Below, piece after piece: positions 41,487-51,603 of a stretch of 64,000 bases of DNA. The notes under the pieces were generated by a model. The model made no database searches. It was not told the origin of the DNA and saw nothing but the letters and a program-made list of their open reading frames with translations. Numbering within the stretch: position 1 is the stretch's first letter; every line of letters starts with the position of its first letter. The position numbers and the translations under genes are program-made. Source of the DNA: Raillietiella orientalis (taxonomy: Eukaryota); NCBI GenBank assembly GCA_036172245.1, contig JAYWIR010000008.1, positions 1,240,001 through 1,304,000 on the forward strand, read 5' to 3'.

Positions 41487-42843
41487 AACACAACAATTAA
41501 TATAAGACCCAAGGCCGTATAAGGGAAACTTGCCGTGGAGTCCTGGAGCAACATCTCAACTCAAGTGTTAACCCAAGTGTCTCAACCCATCTCAACCCGA
41601 TTTCTCATTTACATCTGCACCAAGCCCTGCCCTGTGATGCTGAGGACACCAACAGGATGCTGAGGATGTATTCCAGCGAAGTGTGATCCCATCCCCGGTC
41701 CCCTCCCACTCCCCAATGAAACTTTTCCCCCATCCACGTGAGGTCAAGCTCTTCCACCACACGACAATGGATGTGGCACGCCTCCTGTTGAGGTCTACGC
41801 TGAGGTCGCCCATCAGCGGGAAGGCGGTCCTTCGGTGCCACCTTGTTCTTCAGAAGTCTCCAGGGCCAGCGCTTGCTGGCTCTGGAGACTGTTGGCGCCC
41901 TTGAGCGTTCACCACAAAGAGATGAACGCATCCGGACCACGCCATCCGAAGGCCCGGGACGCGACCTCCACATCCGTGGAAGTCTTCTTCCAGGATGGCT
42001 GGTGGCAGGGTGGCCACCTTCACCAGGATGGCTACTCCCTTGTGTCTGGTCTTGGTTCCCACCTGCGTGCTGCGGTCCAGCTCTTGTTCCACGTCGGGAG
42101 GCAACTGGTGGGTTTCCTAGGGGCACGGCATACGAGCTCCTGTCGCAGGAGCCACGCCAGCTGCCTCCTCTTCCGCGAGTCCGCCCATCCATCCATGTTC
42201 CACGATGTGCACCGTGTGGTTTCGGTACCGATAACGGGAACTGTTGCTCCGTTTAGTGCTGGTTGGGGTGGATCGCGGCCTGCGCCACGTTGCCTTCCTT
42301 CCTTCAGCCTTTTGACTGTGACCGCCACGTCGCTATTGCTGCGTCTCCCAGCCGAGCTCTCGGCCGCCGGCTCTTCAGGGCGTCTTTGCAGTACGGTACG
42401 GCGTCCTCGGAGATGGAGCATCCGACGGCGCTGCCCTCGTTGTCTGTGGCCGGGGATGTGACTTCGGCACCCACGGTGGGCGAACCCTTAAATCGCACTT
42501 CCTTCCTTTTCCTGTCGACCGGAAGTAATACTGACTGGATCGCCGTGTGTACTGCCGTCTCCAGGCGTTGGTTGACGGAGGAGGAGAAGGGGTGACCTCC
42601 CCGATCGCCAGGTATAGACCAATTGCAGGGACGGTAAGCACCAACGATCAGGATGCCATCCTAGGTATTCCATCTTTCTTTGAATTTTGGTTTGCCCGTG
42701 ACGGGCATTCACAAAAATTCTATAAGCGCTCTTTTAGACGCTCCCGCCCACGGATTTCTTTAGTAAAAGGCGAAAGAAATACTCGCATAGAGCAGGAGCC
42801 CGAGCTCAACGAGAAATGCTTCTTCGCAGTGCTCAATCTCAGA
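41487..42843 (-). mobile_element. Internally deleted L1/Tx1-type non-LTR element with a U5-like head (element A)
   Basis: The minus strand reads GAGCACTGCGAAG, then a U5-like sequence, an ORF1 remnant (LRVRPPWVPK) and a frameshifted AP-endonuclease N-terminus (SWNMDGWADSRKRRQL, ETH, KGVAILVK, MGDLSVDL). Tentative 10-bp TSD with one mismatch: GTAATAATCA 41477-41486 and GTAGTAATCA 42844-42853. Ends are approximate. Confidence 0.72.
42693..42806 (-). ncRNA. U5: U5 snRNA-like sequence, full length (114 nt), divergent variant inside element A
   Basis: AGCUCGG-GCUCCUGCUC-UAUGCGAGU-AUUUCUUU-C-GCCUUUUAC-U-AAAGAAAU-CCGU-GGGCGGGAGC-GUCUAAAA-GAGC-GCUUAUAG-AAUUUUUG-UGAA-UGCCCG-UCA-CGGGCA. Invariant loop 1 at 42763-42771, fully paired stems Ia/Ib/Ic, Sm site at 42712-42719 and a 3' stem-loop. 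Confidence 0.9.
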
Positions 42844-43299
42844 GTAGTAATCACTGTGTAGTGGCTTAAAAATAAGAAGACAGCTTTTTAATGGAAGAAA
42901 AAATTAAACATTTTCTTTTTTTAAACAATATACACTTTTTGAAGTAAAAATAAGTATATAATTTCCTATTTGAGATGATTTTTCAATTATTTTAGTTTAT
43001 TTCTTATTTAATTTGAAAATAGTTTGTCTTTCCTTGTTCTGCCATCTATCTTTTAATCCTTGCACTGAGAATTAGTGGCCTCGGTGATTTGCGTCGCGTT
43101 GCTCAGTATATTCAAAAGTGCAATTAATGGTGTGCTTCCGAGCTTGCAATAAAATTTGAAATCTCATCCACATTAAAATAAATAATGAAACATTGAAAAT
43201 TTCTTGTAGGAATGCAAGTAATAAAACCATTATTGTAGAATATGAAAGCTGCACGATAACGTTGCGCTTAGTAATCCTCTTTGCACATTTCAGTGATGA

Positions 43300-44311
43300 A
43301 ATGGGTCCACTTTTTCAACGGCTTGCTAGACAAGGCGGCCTTCGTACGCCTCCAGAGGATCTCATCGAGAGTGAGGCAGCACCGGAGGACGCGACCCTCC
43401 TCGCCGGTCGACGTGAGCACCGATCCCGAACGCAGCCGTATCTCCACGAGGTGCTGGCGGCCATCTTCCGTCTCACGGAGGAAGAGCTCGACCTCGCGTA
43501 CATGGGGACGGCTGCACGCCCATGGACTACGTCTAGCATTCGCGGATGATCGCCCACCGATTCCGGAGACTCTCGGATCTTCTCCACATCTTGGACCACG
43601 TCGTGGAGACCATCCCCGCCAATGCAGACACCCGCTGCTTTGGTGACTGGGATTGCTTCAAGCGTGTCGAACACATCTTTCAGACTTTTTTTTTTTTTTT
43701 TGGAAGATGGGGGGTGCGGATGCGGCTGGGAGCGGAGTGAGGGTGGCTTTGTTCGGGTGCCTACACTAATTCCAGCCAGGTGCACCACCATGTACGGTGT
43801 CTCACCAACGCCGCGTATTGTCTTCCCATCAACGATCCCTTTCTCGACCGTCGCTTCAATCAAGGGTTCGCAGTCGGCGAAGTCGGTGAACCCGCTGGCG
43901 CTTGGCACTATCTCCTCGGCCCTGTCAAAGTTGACATTTTCCTTGAAAAAGGCCAACTAGAAGATGTTCCTGATGTTGCTGACGCGAACTAGTCCGGTTT
44001 TAAAGCTGATTGCCTTCACTCCGGGTCCGACTTGCACCATCGGTTCGTCCACGTCCTCCACATTTATAATCTTGGGCTTTCCAAATGCTTGTCTGATCGA
44101 TTGGGCGTGCCACGGCAGCGTACGAGGTCGGGCTGGCGGGTGTTTTTATGGCGTCGCGGTCGTTGGGTCTTCCACGTTCGATTTTGCGGGCGCCGCAACT
44201 GTTGCTCACTGGGCCGTCGCGCTGCCATTACCTCTTTGGGCTGGGGAGTCGACGTGAGCCTTGGTCTCACTGCCGCCGTCTGCATCCTCTCCGTCGACGA
44301 GAAAAACATGA
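43300..44311 (-). mobile_element. Degenerate LINE fragment (ORF1-like part joined to an endonuclease-like remnant)
   Basis: Broken minus-strand ORFs with SYAAVAR and an ORF1-like segment (GIVDGKTIRGV, YMVVHLAGI), followed by VCIGGDG, which resembles the APE GDFN region. It directly abuts the 3' end of element B. Confidence 0.5.
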
Positions 44312-44969
44312 TTTCCCCAATCCCACAGTGGTTGGGGTAAGTTTATCTCCATTCATTCTACACTCACATTCATCGTAAGGGAAGTGGCATATTTAACAAA
44401 CACTTTCAGTTTCACTTGTGGGAGTTATTTCACCAAGATCTGCACTAGGGGTGGGGTCTGGGCAATCGGTGTCCCTGGGTGGTACCTCAATCTTTTTCAG
44501 GATATGTCAGTACGTCCAGGCTGGCACTCGTCCACAGTTCCTTATTCCGATCTCCCTTTTAACGATCCTTTTCAGGATTTCCATTGGGGGTTTGCCCTTC
44601 CGGCGATGATGAATAGGGCGATGGTCGTCCTCACCATTGGCTTGCATAGGGGAACGTTTCCGCTCCCCTGGAACACCCCGTCTAGGACCGCCCATCTTCG
44701 AGGAAGACCCACGACCGCCTTTTTCAGGGGCTGCCAGCCCTGGTGCACTGTCAGACACGTCCGCTGTTGACGCCCTCGGGTGCACAGTGTGGCAAGGAGG
44801 GAAAGAGGAAGGAGCAGTGACTGAAACTTCTCCTTCGCACTCGGGAGAGGGAAACCTTGACTTTGCTCAACTACTAGCTCCCGTGAGAGAGCTCGCCAAA
44901 AATTCGTCTAAAGACTCATTTAGACGTCCCCGTCCATGGAATTCTTTAGTAAAAGGAGAAAGAATTATG
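44312..44969 (-). mobile_element. SINE-like non-autonomous unit: truncated U5 head, short 5' region and LINE ORF2 3' end (element B, ~660 bp)
   Basis: The region after U5 shares AGCAAAGTCA, GGAGA(A)GTTTC and CACCCGAGGGCGT with 51604-51771. It then reads GVFQGSGNVPLCKPMVRTTIALFI...PPMEILKRIVKREIGIRNCGRVPAWTY, matching the ORF2 ends at 45126-45908 and 47969-48796. It ends in CCCCAACCACTGTGGGATTGGGGAAA. Confidence 0.85.
44876..44966 (-). ncRNA. U5: U5 snRNA-like sequence, 5'-truncated pseudo-copy
   Basis: Near-identical to the 3' ~91 nt of 51772-51887 and lacking the first ~25 nt. Loop 1 is mutated to UCCUUUUAC. The Sm site AAUUUUUGG and the 3' hairpin remain. Confidence 0.88.
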
Positions 44970-45908
44970 TTTCCCCAAGTCCCACAAGGGGTGGGGTGAA
45001 TTCATTTTCTTTTTTTTTCATTCACACTACAATCTCATTCATACAAATTACACAAAAACTGCACTTCACTTCAGTGTTCACTTGAAGTCTGCTTCTTTGG
45101 GTCTCTGAAAGTTCACTGCACTCAATCACCTGAGTGTCGTGTGGGCATAGGTTCTTCCTGCAATCCTTCGCAGGATGTGTCGGTAGTTCCAGGCCTGCAC
45201 TCGTCCGCAGTTCCGTATACCGACCTCCTTCTGGATGAGCCCTTTCAGGATGTCAGGAGATACGGTCGTCCTGGTGGTCTTCATCTTCCACCACCGCACA
45301 AGAATGGCGGTGATGAAAAGGGCGATGGTCACTCTTATCATGGGGTTATAGCGGGGAACTGTTCCAATTCCTTGGAACATCCCTGCCAAGACCTCCATGG
45401 TCGAGGCGTTGGATAGCCCGATAACCCTTTTCAGGGTAGTCCACTCGGCTTGCAATGTGGGGCAGGTCAGGGCGTGACGTCTTGTATCTATTCCACCACA
45501 TGCTCTGCAGATTTCTTCCTCTACTCTTCCCGTGAAGAGCTTCATCCTGGAACCACTCAGGATGCCTCCATGGTAGAACATGAGGAGGTTATCCTGAGTG
45601 TCCGGTGGTAAATCACTCCTCCAGAGCACCGTCCCAATCGCTAGTGGATTAAATCCACTACCAGCGTGACGGTCGGTGGCATCTTGGAGGGCACTGGTGT
45701 CAAGTTGTTCTATTATAAGACGGCGAATATTAGTCTTCGTTACTCTGGACCACTCGAAGTCGCGGTGGTTCTTCCACACTTCACGGGTCCTGAGTGTGAA
45801 GCTGCCGGAGATCCTTTCGACATAACGAAGCACCCGAGAATGGTGTTTCTCACCCGGGTGCACCGGGGCGTTTATTTCTAATGGTGTAGGTGTCGTTGTC
45901 GTGTCCAT
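44970..45908 (-). mobile_element. 3' part of a U5-family LINE (ORF2 C-terminal CCHC/zf-RVT region and 3' UTR)
   Basis: ORF 45126-45908 contains LWRSDLPPDTQDNLLMFYHGGI and CRACGGIDTRRHALTC. The 3' end is CCCCACCCCTTGTGGGACTTGGGGAAA. Confidence 0.85.
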
Positions 45909-46210
45909 GCTTCACTAATATTTATTAATATTATTTTAATATTATCGTGTAACATGAAAATATTTAAATACATAATTTATTTATTATAATACAATCATAA
46001 TTTTATACCTGGTTTTAAATATACTATTTATATTAAATCTTGAAAGTGAATCAAAATATTCTTTGATTTATATTAAATCCCAAATGTTTTATATAACAAT
46101 CATTTATTGTTAATATATAATATATTATTTTTTAATTAATTAAATAAATTGTATTCTCAAATCATTTTTATTATTAATAAGGTAAATTTAAAATTTATTC
46201 ATCCTAAAAA

Positions 46211-46264
46211 TAAGAAATAGTTTAATAAAATATTTTGTCTACATCAAAGAGGAATTTTTCTTAT
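46211..46264 (+). tRNA. trnV: NUMT mt-tRNA-Val(TAC), T-armless
   Basis: Acceptor TAAGAAA/TTTCTTA, short D-arm, anticodon stem TTTTG/CAAAG with TAC at 46240-46242, and a TV-replacement loop. Confidence 0.7.
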
Positions 46265-47010
46265 TTTAATTAAAACTAATATGACAGAAATATATGTATT
46301 AAATTTAGGATTTAATTATGCTTAAAGCTGTTAGTAATAATTTTTACACGTGATTTAGTATTAGTTAAAAGAATGAGGTATATATAAATTTTTAAAACAA
46401 AATGTGTAGTATTTAATTTTAATTATAAAGAAAATTTGAATTAGTAATTATTTAAAATTTTGTTAATATGCGTGCCAGCAATAGCGGTTAAACGTAAACG
46501 TTAAATGCATATTAATATTTTACTAGTTTAAAATAAAAAATTTTGGTTTTATATTTGAATATTAATTTTTAATAAGCTATTATTAATAAAATAGAATTAG
46601 GTACTCTAATATAAATAGTGGATATTAAAAAACAAGGAGGAAGACTTATATGAATTGGTGGTAATGAACATCATTAGGGGAGTTTGCTTAATAAATGATA
46701 ATCCGCGAGGAACTTACTTTTTCAATGTTTGTATATCGTTGATTTGATTATTTAAGAGTTAACTGATTTTCTCAATAAATGGTAATTGAAAGTTTTAATC
46801 AAGATGCAGCATGGAAAAGAATAATTTGTGAACTACAGTAACTTAAACTTGAATATATATATGTAATTTTATATTGAAATAGGATTTAATTGAAAATTTA
46901 TTTTAGAAAGGTAAATTGAATATAACGATCTTTGAATACAAATCGCCCGTCGTTCCGATTTAAGGTTAGATAAGTGGTAAAACTGGATGTACCGGAAGGC
47001 GTATCTGGGC
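46265..47010 (+). rRNA. rrnS: NUMT mitochondrial 12S rRNA pseudogene
   Basis: Motifs GTGCCAGCAATAGCGGT, ATTAGGTAC, ACAAATCGCCCGTCG, TAAGTGGTAAAA and GTACCGGAAGGCGTATCTGG. Ends are approximate. Confidence 0.9.
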
Positions 47011-49330
47011 AAGGGGGTAATTTACTAATTAAGGTAAAGATTAATTTGATGTGGATAATTATTTAAAATTTTGTAAAATATAAATATGAAATTATTAGTA
47101 AAAATTTTTCATTTTATAGTGATAATGAAAAGCACTGAAAAGGATTTCAGTAACTAATAATAGAGTGTTAAAATTAATTATCTTTTGCATCAGAGTAAAA
47201 TTAATTAAAAATTTATATTTAATGTTCGAATATTAATGAGTTAAATAAAATGATTGCTATATGTAACAAAATATAGTGAAATTCTATTTGGAGGTGATGT
47301 GCTGACAAATTAATATTTCTAATTATTAATGAATAATAAATTTGGGATAAGCTTGGTTCTTTTTGTAAATGTGATAATAGTTGTAAATTATAAGCTTTAG
47401 GGTAGCTATTATAAGGTTTTTATACTAAGTTAATGTTAATTTTAAGGTATTACATGAATGGAATGTAATTAATAATAATTTATGTGAAGTAATGTTTTAA
47501 TTAGTAAAATGTCAGGTGAAATTAAGTTGTAAAGTAAGAATATTATAAGGAATTCGGCAAAAATTTGTTGAAATTGTTTCTTAAAGACATTTTGTTATGA
47601 ATAATCTAAGGTATGATCTGCTCGGTGTATAATAAACAGCTGCGGTATATGGACTGTGCTAAGGTAGCGTAATAATTAGCTATTTAATTGGTAGCCCGAA
47701 TGAAGGATGCATTAAGCAAGGCTGTCTTGTTTTGTGTATTTGAATTCGATGTTATAGTGAGAAATCTATAATGAATTTAAGGGGCGAGTAGACCCTTTGG
47801 TACTAGTGTTAGAGGAACTGAAAGAGTGGTAGTGAAATAAGATTTTAGCTTTCCCCTATTCCCACAAGGGGTGGGGTGAATTTATTTATCCCTTTTCCAA
47901 TCAGGGTACATCGGCTCACTCATTTCCTACTCACACCACAAGTGTCACTGTTCAGTTCGTTTCTGCATTTAAGGAACATTGGTTGATGTCGTTGCCCGGG
48001 CGTCATCCTCATTCCTCTTCAGGATATAGCGGTGCGTCCAGGCCGGTACTGGTCCACAGTTCCTGATGCCAATCTCCTTTTGGATTAGCCTTATCAGGAT
48101 TTCCATCGGAGGAGCGGCTATCCTGGCGTTTTTCATCTTCCACCACCGCACGAGTCTGGCGGTGATAAAAAGGGCAATGGTCGTCCTTACCATGGGATTG
48201 TAACAGGGAGCATTTCCATTTCCCTGGAACATCCCGGCAAGTATTTGCATCACTGAACTGGTCGTAAGTCCTATGATCCTTTTCAAGATCAGCCGATCGC
48301 GAAGTAAGGTGGGACAGGTTAAGACATGTAGTCTCGTGTCGATGTCTCCACATGGCTTGCAGTTTTCGTCTTCGCGTCTTCCCGTAATGTACTTCATTCT
48401 GTACCCAGTCGGGATTCCTCCGTAGTAGAACATTAGGAGGTTGTCCTGGGTGTCTGGCGGTAGGTCACTCCTCCAGAGTGTGGTGCCGATCGCCAGCAAG
48501 TTCATTCTATTGCTCCCATAACGATCGGCGGCTTTTTGGATAGCACCGGTGTCTTGGTCTTCTTCTTTAATTAGACTTCTGAGGTTCTGCTTGCTATTCC
48601 TGGACCAAGCAAAGTCATTGCGGTTTTTCCGCACTCCACGTGTCCTTTGGGTGAATCTGCCCAACATCATCTTTATATATCGCAGTATGCGGGTGTGGTG
48701 TAGGAACCCTCCTCTATTCCATTCCTGGATTCGTTGTGTGGTAACTCTGGGACGCTGGTATATCCAGCTTCTCGTGTGCGAGGGCACCTGGAGCATCCAA
48801 GGGATTACCAGGATAGAGTTCCTTGCTTCTGGGAACGATCTTCAATTGGTGTTTTCGCACCAATTGCTGTTTCCTCCTCCAGGTGGGGTCCATGCTGAAC
48901 CATTCCCCTGCTCGGCCTAGCAATACACTCATCAGTCCTTTCGATTTGTTTAATAACGTCGAATAGGCCCTACAAGATTACAAAATGAGATTTTAGAAGA
49001 ATGTGATCTGGGACGGATAGTGAAGAAGTTATCTTCATGGTTTCGTAGTTTCCTATGAAATAAGAATCATCTCGAAATGGAGAAAACGTTGCCTAAGGGA
49101 CAACAGCGTAATTTTCATGGAAAGTTCTACTTGGTATGAAATTTTGCGACCTCGATGTGGAATTGGGTATCTGCAAGATGAGTAAGGTTTGCAGTAACAG
49201 TCTGTTCGACTGCAAATCCTACATGATTTGAGTTTCGATCGGTGTCAGGCAGATTGGTTGCTTTCTTCCAATTCTCATATAGTTTCTTAGTACGAAAGGA
49301 TTGGAAAGTTGGAATATTTTTTGAATAAGG
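47011..49330 (+). rRNA. rrnL: NUMT mitochondrial 16S rRNA pseudogene, interrupted by a LINE at 47849-48982
   Basis: AGGAATTCGGCAAA, CTGTGCTAAGGTAGCGTAATAA and GCGAGTAGACCCT lie before the insertion. AGGGACAACAGCGTAA, GCGACCTCGATGTGGA, TCTGTTCGACT, CCTACATGATTTGAGTT and TAGTACGAAAGGA lie after it. Confidence 0.92.
47849..48982 (-). mobile_element. 5'-truncated U5-family LINE inserted in the NUMT 16S, with TSD
   Basis: ORF 47969-48796 is homologous to 45126-45908 (LWRSDLPPDTQDNLLMFY, CKPCGDIDTRLHVLTC) and has the same 3' hairpin end. It is flanked by AAATAAGATTTTAG (47835-47848) and AAATGAGATTTTAG (48983-48996). Confidence 0.9.
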
Positions 49331-49519
49331 AAAAATTATAATATACATGAGTGAGTTTTGTGATGTTTTACACAGTACGATGATGTTTTCTGTATAATTT
49401 GTTTGAGAGTTAGTATTTATTAAATGGATTTATTGAAAGTGGAGTTTAATAATATTTTATTCGAATAGTAAAGTTTCTTAGTAGTGATTAGAAATTGGAA
49501 GTGTTCTAATTAAGAAGTT

Positions 49520-50380
49520 AAGTGTGTTGATAGCTATTCGGGGAAGATTAAGAGTGTTGATGGTGTTAGTCAGTGTATCATTTGATCGAGGGTCATGTTT
49601 TAGGGGGGAGGGGGGGGGTACAGTGGGGTGAAAGGCCCGGTGAGGTGGGGGTTGGTATCTTTCAACCGATCGTTTGAAATTGCTAAGCAAGGAGTATTAT
49701 GAGTTGGTAGATGGAAATAAAATTGGTTATAAAGTGGGTCCGTTGATTATGGTGGCAGAAATGTTGCAGATAGGAAGGGTTGATGCTAGAGGTTGAGGGT
49801 TGATGGGAGGGGTAATGTTGTTTGTGTGTTATTCAACGGGGAGAATATGCAGGGTATGAATAGGTGGTTGAGCTAGTAATAGTAAATATAGATATGTCGA
49901 CGTGGTAGGTCGAGTAGCTCAGATGATTTCTTATGAAGTATGTATAATTGTTGTATTAATGAGTGCGGTGGTATATGTGGGAGGATACGAATTAAAATTG
50001 GAAGTGAGAAGAAGGTTAACGTTTTGTAGGTTAGTCGGATTCGTTGTATGAGTTATTGTGTGTTTGGTGGAGGTTAATCGTTTGCCATATGACTTTCTGG
50101 AAAATGAGTCTGAATTAGTATCTGGCTATAATGTACAGTATGGTGGAAGGTTATTTGTTTTCTTGTTTTTATCAGAATATGGATTTATTATTTATTGAAG
50201 ATTGGTTACGAGATGAATGTATATAGGGGATTATATAGTGGGACTTGAAAGTTTGCTTGTAATGTATGTGATTATATGATTACGAGGGGTGTTGCCTCGT
50301 TCTCGTTGTGATAAGTTAATATATATATGTGTTGAAGTATTTTGCTGTATTGTGTGTTTTATTTTCTATTATGAGGAGGG
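49520..50380 (+). pseudogene. nad1: NUMT nad1 pseudogene
   Basis: With the invertebrate mitochondrial code, fragments read [78 protein letters not shown] and WLRGVLPRSRCDKL, with frameshifts. Ends are approximate. Confidence 0.9.
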
Positions 50381-50492
50381 AGGGTAGTAATGATGAGAAT
50401 ACGTAGTCAGTATGATGGGATAGTAAGAATGAGTTTATGAGAATATGAATTGTGGGTATTAAAGGATTATTTCTTGATGGTATATTTGAGGT

Positions 50493-50548
50493 TGCCTTTA
50501 ATTTCTTTTGGATTTACAAAATCAATGTTTTAATTAAACTAAGAAGGC
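50493..50548 (-). tRNA. trnT: NUMT mt-tRNA-Thr(TGT), T-armless
   Basis: GCCTTCT-TA-GTTT-AATT-AAAAC-A-TTGAT-TT-TGT-AA-ATCCA-AAAGAAAT-TAAAGGC-A on the minus strand, just after the cob stop. Confidence 0.72.
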
Positions 50549-50553
50549 TGGAT

Positions 50554-51603
50554 TTAAAGAGGGAATGTAATGAAGAATGAAAAATAAAGGAGTGATGTAA
50601 TTTGTGTGAGAGGTAGCACTGATGAGTGATGGTTTGAGTTCCTAATCACGTAAGAATTAAGAATGATGATAGTAGAAATGAGAGGAGAATTTTTTTTCTG
50701 GGGTAGTAATGGGAACATAGCGGAGTTGGAAGTTTGTATATTGGTAGGGTGGTAAAATGAGGATTCTGGAGATTGGGGCAATTACTCCTCCTAATTTGTT
50801 AGGGATGGATCGCAGGATGGTATAAGCGAATAGGAAGTCTCATTCGGGTTGAATGTGCGAGGGGGTTGGAAAGTATCGAATTTTCTTCAGATATGAATAT
50901 GTAAGGGAAAAAGGTGGATGTAAGTAGGAGGAATGTGGTGAGTGGTAGAAGGCTTGTTAAATCTTTAATGATGAAGAATGGACGGAAGGGTAGCATATCT
51001 AGGTTTCCTCTGGTTCCTAGGGGGTTTGAGGAGAAGTTTTTGTGGGAGAAAAATTGGTGTGATAGAGAGACGATCACTCTTATGAAAGGCAGGATGGGGT
51101 GTAGGGAAAAGAATCGATTGAGAGTAGGGTTGGATACGAAGAAATTTCCTCATAAAAATGAGGAAATTTCCAATGAGGAATGTTGTCCAATGAGGAGGAT
51201 GGCGGAAAATAGGTTAGTGATAACTGTAGCGGTTCAAAGAGATCTTTGTCCTCAAGGAAGAACATAACCTGGGAATGATGTTATTGTTAGTAAAATGAGA
51301 AGGAATCCTGATAATCAGGTTATAGTGTTTTTGTAGAAAAAGAAGTATAATGCGCGGAAAGTGTGCAGGTAGATTGCTATGAAAAAGGAGGCGGTATTAG
51401 CGTTGATGTATTGTATGAATCATCCGTTATTGGTGTTGTGCATTATGTTGATGATTGATGAAAAGGCTTCTGAGGTATGGGGGGTGTAATGCATGGAGAT
51501 GATAATGCCTGTAAGTAGTTGGGTGATTGGAAAGATTCCTATTACGGAGTCCAGGTTTGAAGAGTAGGAAATGTTTGATGGTATAGGTATGCTCGTGAGG
51601 GTC
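50554..51603 (-). pseudogene. cob: NUMT cytochrome b pseudogene, lacking only the extreme N-terminus
   Basis: PIPSNISY, QLLTGII, MHYTPHTSEAFSS, GYVLPWGQ, ATVITNLFSA, NPTLNRFFS, SSNPLG and PFFIIKD, with indels. Confidence 0.93.

Larger units (their letters stand above)
45909..51603. other. NUMT (nuclear copy of mitochondrial DNA), ~4.6 kb excluding the nested LINE
   Basis: Abrupt switch to AT-rich, G/T-skewed sequence holding an AT-rich region, trnV, rrnS, rrnL, nad1, trnT and cob. Frameshifts and substitutions occur in normally invariant motifs. Confidence 0.95.

Noticed and set aside
41530..41541. 12-nt match ACTCCACGGCAA shared, inverted, with 53587-53598
   Set aside because: It does not extend on either side and is compatible with chance.
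49405..49520. Additional mt-tRNAs between rrnL and nad1
   Set aside because: Stem-loops are visible (TTAGAA/TTCTAA), but the anticodon and strand are ambiguous, so no call was made.
45909..51603. Genuine mitochondrial genome misassembled into the contig
   Set aside because: Frameshifts, mutated invariant rRNA motifs and a nuclear LINE insertion with TSD indicate an old nuclear copy.
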